Made by a program: the position numbers and the translations under genes. The notes under the pieces were generated by a model, which was given only the letters and a program-made list of their open reading frames with translations, did not search any database and was not told the DNA's origin. This document shows positions 9,047 to 18,876 of a stretch of 64,000 bases of DNA, in pieces. Location: positions 11,206 through 75,205 of the forward strand of contig JAWLEV010000003.1 in the NCBI GenBank assembly GCA_041685915.1, read 5' to 3'. Origin of the DNA: Anaerolineae bacterium. GTDB lineage: Bacteria > Chloroflexota > Anaerolineae > UBA1429. Every line of letters starts with the position of its first letter. Positions within the stretch are counted from its first letter, which is position 1.

Positions 9047-9889
9047 GTGTATCGCATTTTGCAAAAAGAGGTCCTGACGCCTGTGGCAAAGCTGTACGCT
9101 ATAGAGGCGCCAGAGATCGCCCAGAAGGCGCAGGCTGGACACTTTGTCATTTTGCGCGTGGATGAACCGGGGGAGCGCATCCCCCTCACGATTGCGGACT
9201 ATGATCGCGAAAAGGGCACAGTGACCATCGTCGTCCAGGAGGTGGGCAAGACGACCAAGTTGTTGGGCACGCTAGAGGAGGGGGAGAGCCTGGCCAGCTT
9301 TACTGGCCCCCTAGGCATCCCCACAGAGGTGGAGAATTATGGCACGGTTCTCGTCGTCGGGGGCGGATTGGGCATCGCGCCCATCTATCCTATTTGTCGC
9401 TCGTTACGCGAGGAGGGAAATACCGTCATCGGCATCATCGGCGCGCGGAGCGGCGATCTTCTCTTCTGGGAAGAGGAGTTGAGCAGTGTGACGGACGAAC
9501 TGATCGTCTGTACTGACGACGGAAGCTATGGGCGAGAGGCGTTGGTGACCGTGCCTATGAAGGAACTTATGGAGTCCGACAGGGAGATCGACCGCGTCTG
9601 GGCCATTGGTCCGGCGATCATGATGAAGTTTGCAGCCCTTACCACACAACCGTATGGCGTCAAGACGATCGTGAGCCTGAACTCTATCATGGTCGATGGC
9701 ACGGGGATGTGTGGTTCCTGTCGCGTATCCGTTGGGGGACGGACGCGCTTTGCTTGTGTGGATGGTCCCGAGTTCGATGGGCATGAGGTGGACTGGGATC
9801 TGCTTCTGAGTCGTCAGCGGATATATACGGACATGGAAAAGATAGCATTGGAACAGTACGAACACGAACTGGCTAACGTGCAGACGTAG
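9047..9889 (+). CDS. nfnA: NfnA-like subunit (sulfide dehydrogenase beta / PyrK-like FAD, NAD(P) and 2Fe-2S electron-transfer subunit)
   Basis: GHFVILRVDEPGERIPLTIADYDREKGTVTIVVQEVGKTTKLLGTL, then GGGLGIAPIYPI, then a C-terminal CGSCRV...FACVDGPEF cysteine cluster. AGGAGG precedes the GTG at 9047. Confidence 0.8.
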   Translation: MYRILQKEVLTPVAKLYAIEAPEIAQKAQAGHFVILRVDEPGERIPLTIADYDREKGTVTIVVQEVGKTTKLLGTLEEGESLASFTGPLGIPTEVENYGTVLVVGGGLGIAPIYPICRSLREEGNTVIGIIGARSGDLLFWEEELSSVTDELIVCTDDGSYGREALVTVPMKELMESDREIDRVWAIGPAIMMKFAALTTQPYGVKTIVSLNSIMVDGTGMCGSCRVSVGGRTRFACVDGPEFDGHEVDWDLLLSRQRIYTDMEKIALEQYEHELANVQT

Positions 9890-9904
9890 GAGATGACATA
9901 AAGT

Positions 9905-11338
9905 ATGGCAAAAGCCAACAAAAGAAGGATCCCGCGACAGGAGATGCCCAAGCAGGATCCAGAAGAGAGGATAAATAACTTTGACGAAGTACCCCTTGGT
10001 TTCACCATGGATCTGGCCGCCATCGAGGCCAATCGCTGCATTCAGTGCAAGCGCCCGGCCTGTGTTACAGGCTGCCCTGTGCAGGTGCGAATTCCCGAGT
10101 TTGTCAAGGCGCTGCGCGAGGGAGAGATGGAGGAGGCCGCTGACATCCTAAAGGATACCAACAGTCTCCCCGCCGTCTGCGGCCGTGTTTGTCCCCAGGA
10201 AACCCAGTGTGAGGAAAAGTGCGTATTGGGTCGGCGGGGTGAACCGGTAGCCATCGGGCGACTGGAACGCTTTGTGGCCGACTGGGAGCGGGAGCATGTT
10301 GAGAGCGATAAAGGTGTACCGCGAGAGAGGAACGGCAAGCGGGTGGCTGTCATCGGTTCTGGCCCGGCAGGGCTTACTGCTGGGGGCGACCTGGCCAAGC
10401 GAGGCTACGATGTGGACATCCTCGAGTCCTTGCACAAGCCGGGAGGAGTTCTGGTGTATGGAATTCCTGAGTTCAGATTACCAAAGGATATCGTGGCCGC
10501 CGAGATCGACTATGTGAAAAGCCTAGGCGTTGACATAAAGACAGACACGGTAGTGGGCAAATTATACACGTTGGATGAGCTTCTGGAAGAGTACGAGGCC
10601 ATCTTTTTGGCCACGGGAGCCGGCCTTCCCATCATGATACATATGCCCGGAGAAAACTATAATGGGGTTTACTCGGCCAACGAGTTGCTCACGCGCACCA
10701 ATCTGATGAAGGGGTACCTCTTTCCCGAGTGGGACACGCCGGTCAAGGTGGGGGGCAAAGTGGCCGTCATTGGCGCGGGCAACGTGGCTATGGACTCTGC
10801 CCGATGTTCCCTGCGTCTGGGCGCCGAGGAAGTACATATCGTCTATCGACGTTCGCGCAGCGAGGCACCGGCCCGTGAAGAGGAAATAGAAAATGCCGAA
10901 GCTGAGGGTATTCTTTTTGACTTTTTAACCAACCCCATCGAGATATATGGCGATGAGGATGGATGGGTGACGGGGATGCGTTGTGTCCGTATGGAGTTGG
11001 GCGAGCCCGACGAGAGTGGGCGGCCGCGTCCTATTCCCATCGAGGGTTCCGAGTTCGATATGGAGGTCGATACCGTGGTAATGGCCATAGGCACACGTCC
11101 CAATCCCTTGGTCTTTACCGATGCAAAAGGTTTGGAGCGTACTCGCTGGGGCACGGTTGTCGCGGACGAGGAGACCGGTCGCACCAAGGTGGAGCGGGTC
11201 TGGGCCGGCGGTGATATCGTGACGGGAGCGGCCACGGTAATAAGTGCCATGGGTGCAGGTCGTGTGGCCGCAGAGGATATACACCGATACCTTCGGAATG
11301 GAGCGGAAGGGCCGTGGTGGCCCAAGGAAAAAGAGTAA
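9905..11338 (+). CDS. nfnB: NfnB-like subunit (GltD-like, NADPH-dependent glutamate synthase small-chain family)
   Basis: CIQCKRPACVTGCPVQVRIPEF and CGRVCPQETQCEEKC (Fe-S), then VAVIGSGPAGLTAGGDLAKRGYDV and VAVIGAGNVAMD (two nucleotide-binding folds). Confidence 0.85.
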   Translation: MAKANKRRIPRQEMPKQDPEERINNFDEVPLGFTMDLAAIEANRCIQCKRPACVTGCPVQVRIPEFVKALREGEMEEAADILKDTNSLPAVCGRVCPQETQCEEKCVLGRRGEPVAIGRLERFVADWEREHVESDKGVPRERNGKRVAVIGSGPAGLTAGGDLAKRGYDVDILESLHKPGGVLVYGIPEFRLPKDIVAAEIDYVKSLGVDIKTDTVVGKLYTLDELLEEYEAIFLATGAGLPIMIHMPGENYNGVYSANELLTRTNLMKGYLFPEWDTPVKVGGKVAVIGAGNVAMDSARCSLRLGAEEVHIVYRRSRSEAPAREEEIENAEAEGILFDFLTNPIEIYGDEDGWVTGMRCVRMELGEPDESGRPRPIPIEGSEFDMEVDTVVMAIGTRPNPLVFTDAKGLERTRWGTVVADEETGRTKVERVWAGGDIVTGAATVISAMGAGRVAAEDIHRYLRNGAEGPWWPKEKE

Positions 11339-11346
11339 GGGGCGGG

Positions 11347-11371
11347 GGCGGCCATCATGGCCGCCCTTTTG
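11347..11371 (+). terminator. Rho-independent terminator after nfnB
   Basis: GGGCGGCCAT-C-ATGGCCGCCC hairpin followed by TTTT. Confidence 0.7.
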
Positions 11372-11432
11372 CATAGGCTAGATAGGGGCTATAATGTCCG
11401 CGGGTGTTTGAAAGCAGGAGGGGGCAAAGATC

Positions 11433-12179
11433 ATGACAGAGAAGATCCGCGTCACGGTGTGGAACGAGTATCGCCATGAGCAGACGCACGAGGAAGTGAG
11501 AGAGGTTTATCCCGAGGGTATCCATGGGCAGATCGCCGCTTTCCTCGGGGCACAAAAAGATATCGAGACACGAACGGCCATTCTGGATGAACCGGAGCAT
11601 GGCCTGATGGAGGAGGTTCTGAACAATACGGACGTGCTGACGTGGTGGGGGCACATGGCCCATGGGGAAGTTGAGGACGAGATCGTGGACCGCGTGCAAA
11701 AGCGGGTGCTTGATGGCATGGGATTGATCGTCCTCCACTCGGCCCATTTCTCCAAGATATTCAAGCGCTTGATGGGTACCAACTGTAGCCTCAAGTGGCG
11801 AGAGGTAGGGGAACGGGAGAGGATGTGGGTGGTGGATTCGGCGCATCCTATCGTTCAGGGTGTGGGTGAATATTTTGAGATTCCTCATGTGGAAATGTAC
11901 GGCGAGTTCTTTGATATCCCACAGCCGGACGCTCTGGTCTTTATCAGTTGGTTCCAGGGAGGCGAGGTGTTTCGCAGTGGAGCCGCCTATCATCGCGGTA
12001 AGGGCAAGGTATTCTATTTCCGTCCTGGGCATGAGACGCTGCCCATCTACTATCAAGAAGAGGTGCAGCGGGTTATGATCAATGCTGTCCGCTGGGCGGC
12101 GCCTGTAGATGGACCCTATACGGACCTCAGCGACTGCCAGCAGTACGAGCCCCTGGAAGAGTTTCAGGTAGAGGCATGA
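11433..12179 (+). CDS. ThuA-family (class-I glutamine-amidotransferase-like) protein
   Basis: [12 protein letters not shown]...[13 protein letters not shown]...GLIVLHSAH is the ThuA signature. Confidence 0.75.
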   Translation: MTEKIRVTVWNEYRHEQTHEEVREVYPEGIHGQIAAFLGAQKDIETRTAILDEPEHGLMEEVLNNTDVLTWWGHMAHGEVEDEIVDRVQKRVLDGMGLIVLHSAHFSKIFKRLMGTNCSLKWREVGERERMWVVDSAHPIVQGVGEYFEIPHVEMYGEFFDIPQPDALVFISWFQGGEVFRSGAAYHRGKGKVFYFRPGHETLPIYYQEEVQRVMINAVRWAAPVDGPYTDLSDCQQYEPLEEFQVEA

Positions 12180-12216
12180 GTTAGCGGCTCACTTTAACAA
12201 GGAAAGGTTCAGGACA

Positions 12217-12249
12217 ATCAAGGGCACACCGTTTCGGTGCGCCCTTGAT
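12217..12249. terminator. Bidirectional terminator hairpin between the convergent thuA-like and bshA genes
   Basis: CAAGGGCACACCG-TTTC-GGTGCGCCCTTG imperfect 12-bp stem. Confidence 0.5.
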
Positions 12250-12280
12250 CTGGGTGTTCAGGATAGCCTGACGCCCCGGG

Positions 12281-13420
12281 CTATTTCCCGCTATTTGGCG
12301 TTGGGTTTTTCAGAAGACGCTCATACAGGGCTTCATACTGGGGAATGATGTCGTGGTAGTCGAACAGCTCTGATGCCCGTTTGCGGGCCGCTTCACAAAA
12401 CTTTTCATATAGGGCGTGATCCGTGAGCAACGTGATGGCATCCTCGGCCATGGCCTTTGTGTCCCCCACGCCCTCCAGGAACCCTGTCTCGCCATGCCGC
12501 ACTACCTCACGCAGTCCTCCAACATCGCTGGCGATGACGGGTACACCGCTGGCCATGGCTTCCAGGGCTGCCAGACCGAATCCCTCCAGTTGACTTGGTA
12601 ACAAGAACAGATCGGCTGTCCTCAAGAGGGACTCTACCTCTTCGGTCACGCCCGTAAAACGCACCCGATCGGAGATGCCCAGTTCCAGGGCTTTTTGCAG
12701 CGCATGGCAGGTGTCGGGGCCGTCGCCGACCATGATCAACCGGGCATCCACCTCCTCGGCCACGTACGAAAAAATCTCGATCACGTCGACCACCCGCTTG
12801 ACTGCACGAAAGTTGGAGATATGCATAAGCGTACGCTGTCCGGGCGAGTCCCTGGGGGGAACGCACGAGGGAGGATGAGCCTGATGCCTATCGAGATCCA
12901 CGAAATTGTAGATGACCTCTATTTCCTTTTCCACCTGAAACTGGCGATACGCCTCTTCTTTGAGAAAATGGGATACGGTAGTGACAGCATCCGATTGCTT
13001 CAGGGCAAGTCTCGTCACGGGGAGAAAGGCGGGATGGCTGCCCACTTCTGTCACGTCGGTGCCATGAAGGGTGGTCACCACCTTGAGATCTAGCTCCGAG
13101 GCGATCTGTTTCACCAACAGGGCGGCCGGTGCAAAGGGGAGGGCGTAATGGGCGTGCAAGAGTTGTAGATCTTTCATGCGGGCCACGGTGACCATCTTGG
13201 ATGCCAGTGCCAGGGTATGGGGGAAATTTTGAAGTAAGGGATATTCCACCACTTCCACCTCGTGGAAACTGACGCCGGCTGGCGGGTGCGAAAGACGCAG
13301 GGGCGCTGCGTAGCTGATAAAGGCTACCTCATGTCCCCTTTCGGCCAAGTGCTTGCCTAACTCTGTGGCCACGACGCCACTGCCACCATGTGTCGGATAA
13401 CAGATGATACCTATACGCAT
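12281..13420 (-). CDS. bshA: N-acetyl-alpha-D-glucosaminyl L-malate synthase (GT4), bacillithiol biosynthesis BshA
   Basis: MRIGIICYPTHGGSGVVATELGKHLAERGHEVAFIS is the characteristic BshA N-terminus, within a GT4 fold. Confidence 0.8.
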   Translation of the reverse strand: MRIGIICYPTHGGSGVVATELGKHLAERGHEVAFISYAAPLRLSHPPAGVSFHEVEVVEYPLLQNFPHTLALASKMVTVARMKDLQLLHAHYALPFAPAALLVKQIASELDLKVVTTLHGTDVTEVGSHPAFLPVTRLALKQSDAVTTVSHFLKEEAYRQFQVEKEIEVIYNFVDLDRHQAHPPSCVPPRDSPGQRTLMHISNFRAVKRVVDVIEIFSYVAEEVDARLIMVGDGPDTCHALQKALELGISDRVRFTGVTEEVESLLRTADLFLLPSQLEGFGLAALEAMASGVPVIASDVGGLREVVRHGETGFLEGVGDTKAMAEDAITLLTDHALYEKFCEAARKRASELFDYHDIIPQYEALYERLLKNPTPNSGK

Positions 13421-13487
13421 CTTTTCTCCCTACTTTGACTACAAAGTCAGATCTACTGAAAATCCCATAATGGAAGTAGCCGGGATA

Positions 13488-14204
13488 TTAAAAAGAAGAG
13501 AACTCCATCCCCAGGGGATCGGTGACTTCCAGAGTCCCTCGAATTAGAAAGCCTTCGCCATATTTCTTTCCGATCAAAGATCCATAGTACGCCATGCGGT
13601 GTCTGAGGGACCAGTTATACTCACGAGAGGTCAGCCGGGTTTGCTTGTAGAAATTATCCTCTGGCTTGAACTGTGTAGAATAGGCATATATGGCTTGCAT
13701 CTTTTGCTCATACTGTTCGCTGATGTCCACAATGAAAGTGGGCTCGAATTCGTGCCAGGCCATATAATAGGCGAGACGCTTGGGACGAAAACTCTCTTGT
13801 CCTGTTCTGTATCGTGTGAGTCCGGCAAGAAAAATCCCCTCATAAACCAGCGTGCTCGTATGGTAGTGATCGGGATGTCTATCCTCGTGGTAGGGAAGAA
13901 AGATAAATCCCGGTCGGTACTTGCGTATCACACGAGCCACTCGGCGCTTACCCTCTTTACCGGTACGTATATGCCCGTCCTCCAGTTCCAGATTCTCACG
14001 CGCCTCGCCGCCTATGATTTGCAGGGCCTTTGCTGCCTCCTGCCGGCGCGTTTCCACGGTTCCCCGGGTAGCCAGTTCCCCCTCTGTCATATCCACCAAC
14101 ACGACAGAGTACCCCCTGGAGACCAGTTTGATCAGGGTACCGCCACATCCCAGCTCGATGTCGTCGGGATGGGCGCCAAAGGCCATAACATCGACGTCAG
14201 ACAT
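13488..14204 (-). CDS. bshB: LmbE/PIG-L family deacetylase, bacillithiol biosynthesis BshB
   Basis: VMAFGAHPDDIELGCGGTLIKL...DRHPDHYHTS is a PIG-L zinc-deacetylase signature. It lies between bshC and bshA. Confidence 0.75.
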   Translation of the reverse strand: MSDVDVMAFGAHPDDIELGCGGTLIKLVSRGYSVVLVDMTEGELATRGTVETRRQEAAKALQIIGGEARENLELEDGHIRTGKEGKRRVARVIRKYRPGFIFLPYHEDRHPDHYHTSTLVYEGIFLAGLTRYRTGQESFRPKRLAYYMAWHEFEPTFIVDISEQYEQKMQAIYAYSTQFKPEDNFYKQTRLTSREYNWSLRHRMAYYGSLIGKKYGEGFLIRGTLEVTDPLGMEFSSF

Positions 14205-15771
14205 TCTTTCCCTCCATTACAAGAATGTGATGACAGAAGTCGTCCAGAGCACCGCCTGCAAAAAGTCTATCGAAAAGGCCGAGTCCGTGAATATTCATAA
14301 AGTGGGGCAGGGGTAACACACGTTCCTGCAGGCGATCGCGGGGTAGGACGACATTTTGCAGGATGTGTATCTCTCCCTTGGACAGCCCCTTCTGACTCAT
14401 GAGGGCGCTTGTACTGCTCTCCTCCAGCTTATCGATGCCACGTAGTGCGTTGTTCACCGCCCATTCCCAACTCTTGGCCATGCTGGGATCGATTTCTTTG
14501 ACGTACGGTTTCAGCGGCGCGAACGCCTTTCCCACGTGCTCCCGGGCCGTGTCAAAGAGGTCCGTTCCCGCTTCAAAGGTGAACTTGCGCAGCACGTCAC
14601 TTGGGTCGGGTTCTTGCGTCAGAAGCTGCTCTGGAGTGACACCATAACGTTCCATGTCGTCCCCTTCGCTCTCATGCACCAGGGTGTAACTCTTGCGGGG
14701 AAAAAGAATGGGTTGAGGAAGATCAAACAGTTTGTAGAGGGGTTTGAGCATGGCATGATACGTTATCTCGCCGGGACCCAACACACTGACCAAGATGGGC
14801 AGAATAGCATCGGCGAAAAGGGGCCGCAGAGCTGCATCGGTCGAATAGTCCTCGGGATGGGTGCCCGCTTCCTCCACGTGGGTTGCGGGATCCTGCACCC
14901 GTACCCGATGGCCTCGGGCGTCAAAGGTGAAGGGGCGGGTGGCATCCTCTACGGGCAGTGTGGCCTCATAGCCGGCAGCGGTCAAATCCTCGGCGACTCC
15001 TCGCAAACGACACGTAATTTCCTCCGTCTCTTTTAACGCGGTCTGAAAGATGTGGGCTCCGAAGGGGCGCAGGATGCGTGGCTCCACCATGACAAGTCCC
15101 TGATCAGCAAAGAGCTGTGACCACAGCCTGCCGTGCCAGGTACAGTAATCCTCTTCCTTTTGAGGTGAGAAGCGCTTCTTTGTGATAGCATGGTGTGTGC
15201 CCGGAGTTAATCTGCCAAAGTACGTTTGGAAGGCATCTTTTATTTCCTCTGTAATGTCCAGATCGGCGATGGGACACCCCTGTTCATCCCAGGAAAAGCT
15301 AACTTGTCCCACCTCCCCATCGGGTTGAAAATAATAGGCCTGATTGATCTCGCCAAAATCGTGATCCTCGGTAGCCATCCAGAACATGGGCACGACGTCG
15401 ACGGAAAGTATTTCGTCGAGATAGGCGGCCAGGCGGATCGTGGTGATGATCTTATAGGTAGTATACATGGGACCACCCAGAAACCCTACCTGCTGGCCGG
15501 CTATCACACAAAACGTAGAGGGATCTTGCAGCGCGCGAATGTTCTCAAGCGTCCGCTCGCTGGCTCCCAGCTTTCGATTGTAGGGCAACAGTTGTTCTAC
15601 AAGTCCTTTGCGAGGAAAGTTATGTGACCGGCGACCAGCGAGTGCTCCACCAAAATCGGTGGGTGCGTGGGTGAAAAAAGTGTTGGCTTCTCCCCTATTC
15701 TTGAGATAGTCGATATGGAGCCTGCTTTGGAACCGGGCCGGCAGATCGTCCCAATCCACGTCGACGATCAT
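14197..15771 (-). CDS. bshC: Bacillithiol biosynthesis cysteine-adding enzyme BshC
   Basis: VIAGQQVGFLGGPMYTTYKIITTIRLA matches the BshC hallmark (GQQxGLxxGPLYTxYK). It is ~524 aa and its stop overlaps the bshB start. Confidence 0.8.
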   Translation of the reverse strand: MIVDVDWDDLPARFQSRLHIDYLKNRGEANTFFTHAPTDFGGALAGRRSHNFPRKGLVEQLLPYNRKLGASERTLENIRALQDPSTFCVIAGQQVGFLGGPMYTTYKIITTIRLAAYLDEILSVDVVPMFWMATEDHDFGEINQAYYFQPDGEVGQVSFSWDEQGCPIADLDITEEIKDAFQTYFGRLTPGTHHAITKKRFSPQKEEDYCTWHGRLWSQLFADQGLVMVEPRILRPFGAHIFQTALKETEEITCRLRGVAEDLTAAGYEATLPVEDATRPFTFDARGHRVRVQDPATHVEEAGTHPEDYSTDAALRPLFADAILPILVSVLGPGEITYHAMLKPLYKLFDLPQPILFPRKSYTLVHESEGDDMERYGVTPEQLLTQEPDPSDVLRKFTFEAGTDLFDTAREHVGKAFAPLKPYVKEIDPSMAKSWEWAVNNALRGIDKLEESSTSALMSQKGLSKGEIHILQNVVLPRDRLQERVLPLPHFMNIHGLGLFDRLFAGGALDDFCHHILVMEGKNV

Positions 15772-16538
15772 CTTGCCTCTTCCTTCTGTGCTGTGATGAC
15801 TAGTCGCGGACTGTCAGGCGAGAACTCCTCTCCAGCAAGTGATCCATATCGGTGAATATTCACGAACCCGGCGTCTTTTAGCATGACCACTATCTCGGAT
15901 GGGCGATACGCACGAACTGACTCATGGAACACGTTTTCCTTTCCTTCAAGATTCACAAAAAGGGTATCCTTTTCCACACGCCGCCCATTCTGGCTCAGGT
16001 AACGCACATTTCTGACATAACCGGCGCAGAACCGATCCTCATCGCAGGGAACCAGATGTCGGAGGACGTGATAACGATTCAAGTAGTCTATGAGGAACTT
16101 GCCCCCCGGTTTGAGGACACGATACACCTCACGAAACACGGCCGCGTTTTCCTCATCCTCCCCAAAGTACCCAAAGGAGGTAAAGAGGGACGCCACGGCA
16201 GCAAAATAGTTCCTATACGGGATGGCGCGCATATCCGCTCGTACCAGCTGTATATCTTCCTGAGGAGTCTCTCTTTGCTCCGGCGTGGCAAGTTTTTCGG
16301 CTGCTACCTTTAGCAGGGCCTCCGATAGGTCCAAACCTACCAGACGTGTCAGGCCCAACTTACGAAAGACTTGTAGGTAGCGACCGGCGCCACAGCCCAG
16401 GTCGAGAAAGGGTTCGTCCTTGCGAGGATTAAGAAGTTCCATGATCCTTTGGGCGTTCTTCGCCGCCTCTTCCGCGTCCCGATGGGCATAGAGTTGCAGA
16501 TACGGCAGCCCAAAGCTTTCCTCGTACCACGGGCTCAT
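15768..16538 (-). CDS. Class I SAM-dependent methyltransferase (candidate N-methyl-bacillithiol-forming enzyme)
   Basis: LDLGCGAGRYLQVF...LVGLDLSEALL (motif I and post-I). It is translationally coupled (ATGA overlaps) to both bshC and the MBL hydrolase. Confidence 0.8.
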   Translation of the reverse strand: MSPWYEESFGLPYLQLYAHRDAEEAAKNAQRIMELLNPRKDEPFLDLGCGAGRYLQVFRKLGLTRLVGLDLSEALLKVAAEKLATPEQRETPQEDIQLVRADMRAIPYRNYFAAVASLFTSFGYFGEDEENAAVFREVYRVLKPGGKFLIDYLNRYHVLRHLVPCDEDRFCAGYVRNVRYLSQNGRRVEKDTLFVNLEGKENVFHESVRAYRPSEIVVMLKDAGFVNIHRYGSLAGEEFSPDSPRLVITAQKEEAR

Positions 16539-17176
16539 GCTATACCATGCTCCCGCTTATAATCCTCCCAATTCTTTTTCAGGTCAACAAACGATGAAAA
16601 ATCGGATCGAAGAACAAAGGGATTGTTCTCCTTTTCCTCTCCGATGGTGGACCGAGGAGAGGTGCCATAATCGTGCCCCGGAAACACTCTCGTGCCCTCT
16701 GGTAGGGTCATGAGTTTCTCATGCAGAGAGACATATTCGGCCTTTGCCCCTTGGCCAAAGTCTGTGCCTCCCACCTTTCCCACAAACAGGGTATCCCCCG
16801 TAAAGACCGCGTCGCCGATGTACAGACATACAGAGTCGGGGCTGTGCCCCGGCGTATGAAGGATTTCTATCTCCAGATCTCCCAGAGGAAATGTGGCGCC
16901 ATCCTTCACTTTCTGTCCTGTGCGAGGATCCTCGTCCTGCCACTGCAGGACATCCACTCCCGTCAACGCTGCTACCCTCTCATTACCGTTTGCGTGGTCG
17001 ACATGTCCATGGGTGTTAAAGACATAGACGATGTCATAGTCATGCTCGCGGGCATAGTCGACGATCTTTTTCGGAGAATAGGAGGGATCGATCACTACCG
17101 CCTTTTTCGTGTCCGGATCGGCGACGAGATAGCCAAAATTTCGATCGCCGCCCACACGAAATTGCTTGATAAACAT
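16535..17176 (-). CDS. MBL-fold metallo-hydrolase (glyoxalase II-like)
   Basis: FNTHGHVDHANG is the HxHxDH motif. It is the first gene of the five-gene minus-strand operon. The RBS AGGAGAG precedes its ATG. Confidence 0.8.
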   Translation of the reverse strand: MFIKQFRVGGDRNFGYLVADPDTKKAVVIDPSYSPKKIVDYAREHDYDIVYVFNTHGHVDHANGNERVAALTGVDVLQWQDEDPRTGQKVKDGATFPLGDLEIEILHTPGHSPDSVCLYIGDAVFTGDTLFVGKVGGTDFGQGAKAEYVSLHEKLMTLPEGTRVFPGHDYGTSPRSTIGEEKENNPFVLRSDFSSFVDLKKNWEDYKREHGIA

Positions 17177-17230
17177 CTCTTCTCTCCTATCGATGTGATG
17201 AAATATCGTACTTGATACACGCGCCTGATT

Positions 17231-17259
17231 ATTGTACTTCTTTGTTAAGTAACTCGCAA
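17231..17259 (-). promoter_or_regulatory. Sigma70-like promoter for the MBL-MT-bshCBA operon (TTGCGA, 17 nt spacer, TACAAT on the minus strand)
   Basis: The reverse complement of 17231-17259 reads TTGCGA gttacttaacaaagaag TACAAT, about 55 nt upstream of the ATG at 17176. Confidence 0.5.
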
Positions 17260-17437
17260 TTCTCGGTTTATAATCTGGGATGTTACAGGATTAGAGAGAG
17301 GCATTCCCTATGGAGGACGAATACGGGCAGCATGCCCAGCGTCCCATATGATACACATGACGTCGCTCGTTACCTATTATGCGAATGTCGGACATCCGGT
17401 CTCTATAGCCCGCTCGGTGTGTTGTTTCATTTCTCTC

Positions 17438-18787
17438 CTATTCCTGGAATTGCGGCATCCAGGGCAACAGGGCCTCGAACATCTCGTCCACCATCGCTTT
17501 TATCTTGTCCAGGGATAGTGTGGAGGCTGTTAGTGGATCCAGGGCTACGGCCTGGAAGAGGGCTGCACGATCTCCCTTTAGCGCTGCCTTGACCGCCAGT
17601 TCCTGTACGCTGATGTTGGAGCGGTTCAAGCCGGCGAGTTGGGGCGGCAGATCGCCTACGTGGCAGGGATGGATGCCCAAGGCGTCGACCAGACAGGGCA
17701 CCTCCACGACACAGTCCGGTGGGAGATTGGTGATCAAGTTCGTGTTACCTACGTTGCCGTTGATGCGTATCTTGCGATCGGTCTCACAGGCCTCGATGAT
17801 GCGCGAACTGTACTCTGTGCTGCGCTCCATGGAGATCGGTTCCTCGCCCTGCGCCTTGCGGGTGATCTCTTCCATCCGCTGCTCCCTGCGACTGGCGCCC
17901 GAGCGCTCGTTCATCCGCTCTTCACGGCGCGATAGGGCATAGGTTTCCATCAGTTCGGGCGTACGCCGGAAATAGGGCACGTACTCGGACATATGATGGG
18001 TGGACTCGGTCACATAGTAACCAAAGCGGCGAAAGATCTCCCGACGCACCGTGTCTCGCGCCCAGGAGCGTCGATCATGACTTGCGAGATCCTCGCGTTC
18101 GTCGCCTTCCGCCGCGTCCCATTTTTCGAGACGTTGACGCAGCAGAGGATAGACATCCTCGTGATTCCGCTGCAGGCGCAAAAACCAGGCCATGTGATTG
18201 ATCCCCGCCACCCAGTAGGAGAGTTCGTCATAGGGGATATCCATGTACTGGGCCAGGCGCTCCGATGTACCCTGTACACTGTGACAGAGACCCACAATGC
18301 GGACGCTCGTGGCCTCGTTCACGGCCCAGCAGAGCATGGCCATGGGATTGCTATGGTTGAGCAGTAATGCATCAGGGCAAAGCTCTTCCATGTCGCGGCA
18401 GATATCGATGATGAGGGGAATGTGGCATTGTCCATAAAAGATACCTCCCGGTCCCACCGTATCGCCCACGGCCTGATCAATGCCGTATTTAAGGGGGATA
18501 TTGATATCCAGACTGGTGGCCTCCATCCCGCCCACGCGGAAGGTGGTGACCACATAGTCCGCCCCCTCTAAGGCGCGACGGCGCTCTGTGGTGGCCTCGA
18601 TTGTGGTGGGTAGTCCTTCCTGATCCACCAGTCGTTGAGCAAAAGCCTCTATCCGATCCAGAGCCTCCCGATCGATGTCCACATAGACGATGGTCCCTTC
18701 AGTTAGTTCGGGCACACAGAGGATGTCGGTGGTCAGGCGGCTGGAAAAGACCATACTTCCTGCGCCGATGATGACGATTTTTGCCAT
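17438..18787 (-). CDS. Glycoside hydrolase family 4 (NAD+/Mn2+-dependent alpha-glucosidase/galactosidase family)
   Basis: MAKIVIIGAGSMVFSSRL (an NAD-binding start) together with GLCHSVQGT and GINHMAWF match GH4 hallmarks. Confidence 0.85.
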   Translation of the reverse strand: MAKIVIIGAGSMVFSSRLTTDILCVPELTEGTIVYVDIDREALDRIEAFAQRLVDQEGLPTTIEATTERRRALEGADYVVTTFRVGGMEATSLDINIPLKYGIDQAVGDTVGPGGIFYGQCHIPLIIDICRDMEELCPDALLLNHSNPMAMLCWAVNEATSVRIVGLCHSVQGTSERLAQYMDIPYDELSYWVAGINHMAWFLRLQRNHEDVYPLLRQRLEKWDAAEGDEREDLASHDRRSWARDTVRREIFRRFGYYVTESTHHMSEYVPYFRRTPELMETYALSRREERMNERSGASRREQRMEEITRKAQGEEPISMERSTEYSSRIIEACETDRKIRINGNVGNTNLITNLPPDCVVEVPCLVDALGIHPCHVGDLPPQLAGLNRSNISVQELAVKAALKGDRAALFQAVALDPLTASTLSLDKIKAMVDEMFEALLPWMPQFQE

Positions 18788-18876
18788 GATTTTCTTCTCC
18801 TTTATATCGGATTATTTGTGAGAAACAAGAAGGGGCGTGGCTTAACCGCTATAAGCGACACCCACTAACACAATCC

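Noticed and set aside
13436-13456. Short inverted repeat TGACT-acaa-AGTCA between bshB and bshA
   Set aside because: The stem is only 5 bp and has no T-run. It is probably not a terminator, and it lies inside a translationally continuous operon.
17212-17592. 126-aa ORF in the bsh-operon upstream region, plus a plus-strand TTGTTA-19-TATAAT element (17242-17272)
   Set aside because: The ORF spans an intergenic promoter region and the start of the GH4 gene on the other strand, with no RBS. The plus-strand promoter-like match has a 19-nt spacer and no downstream plus-strand gene. The minus-strand TTGCGA-17-TACAAT in the same region fits the operon better.
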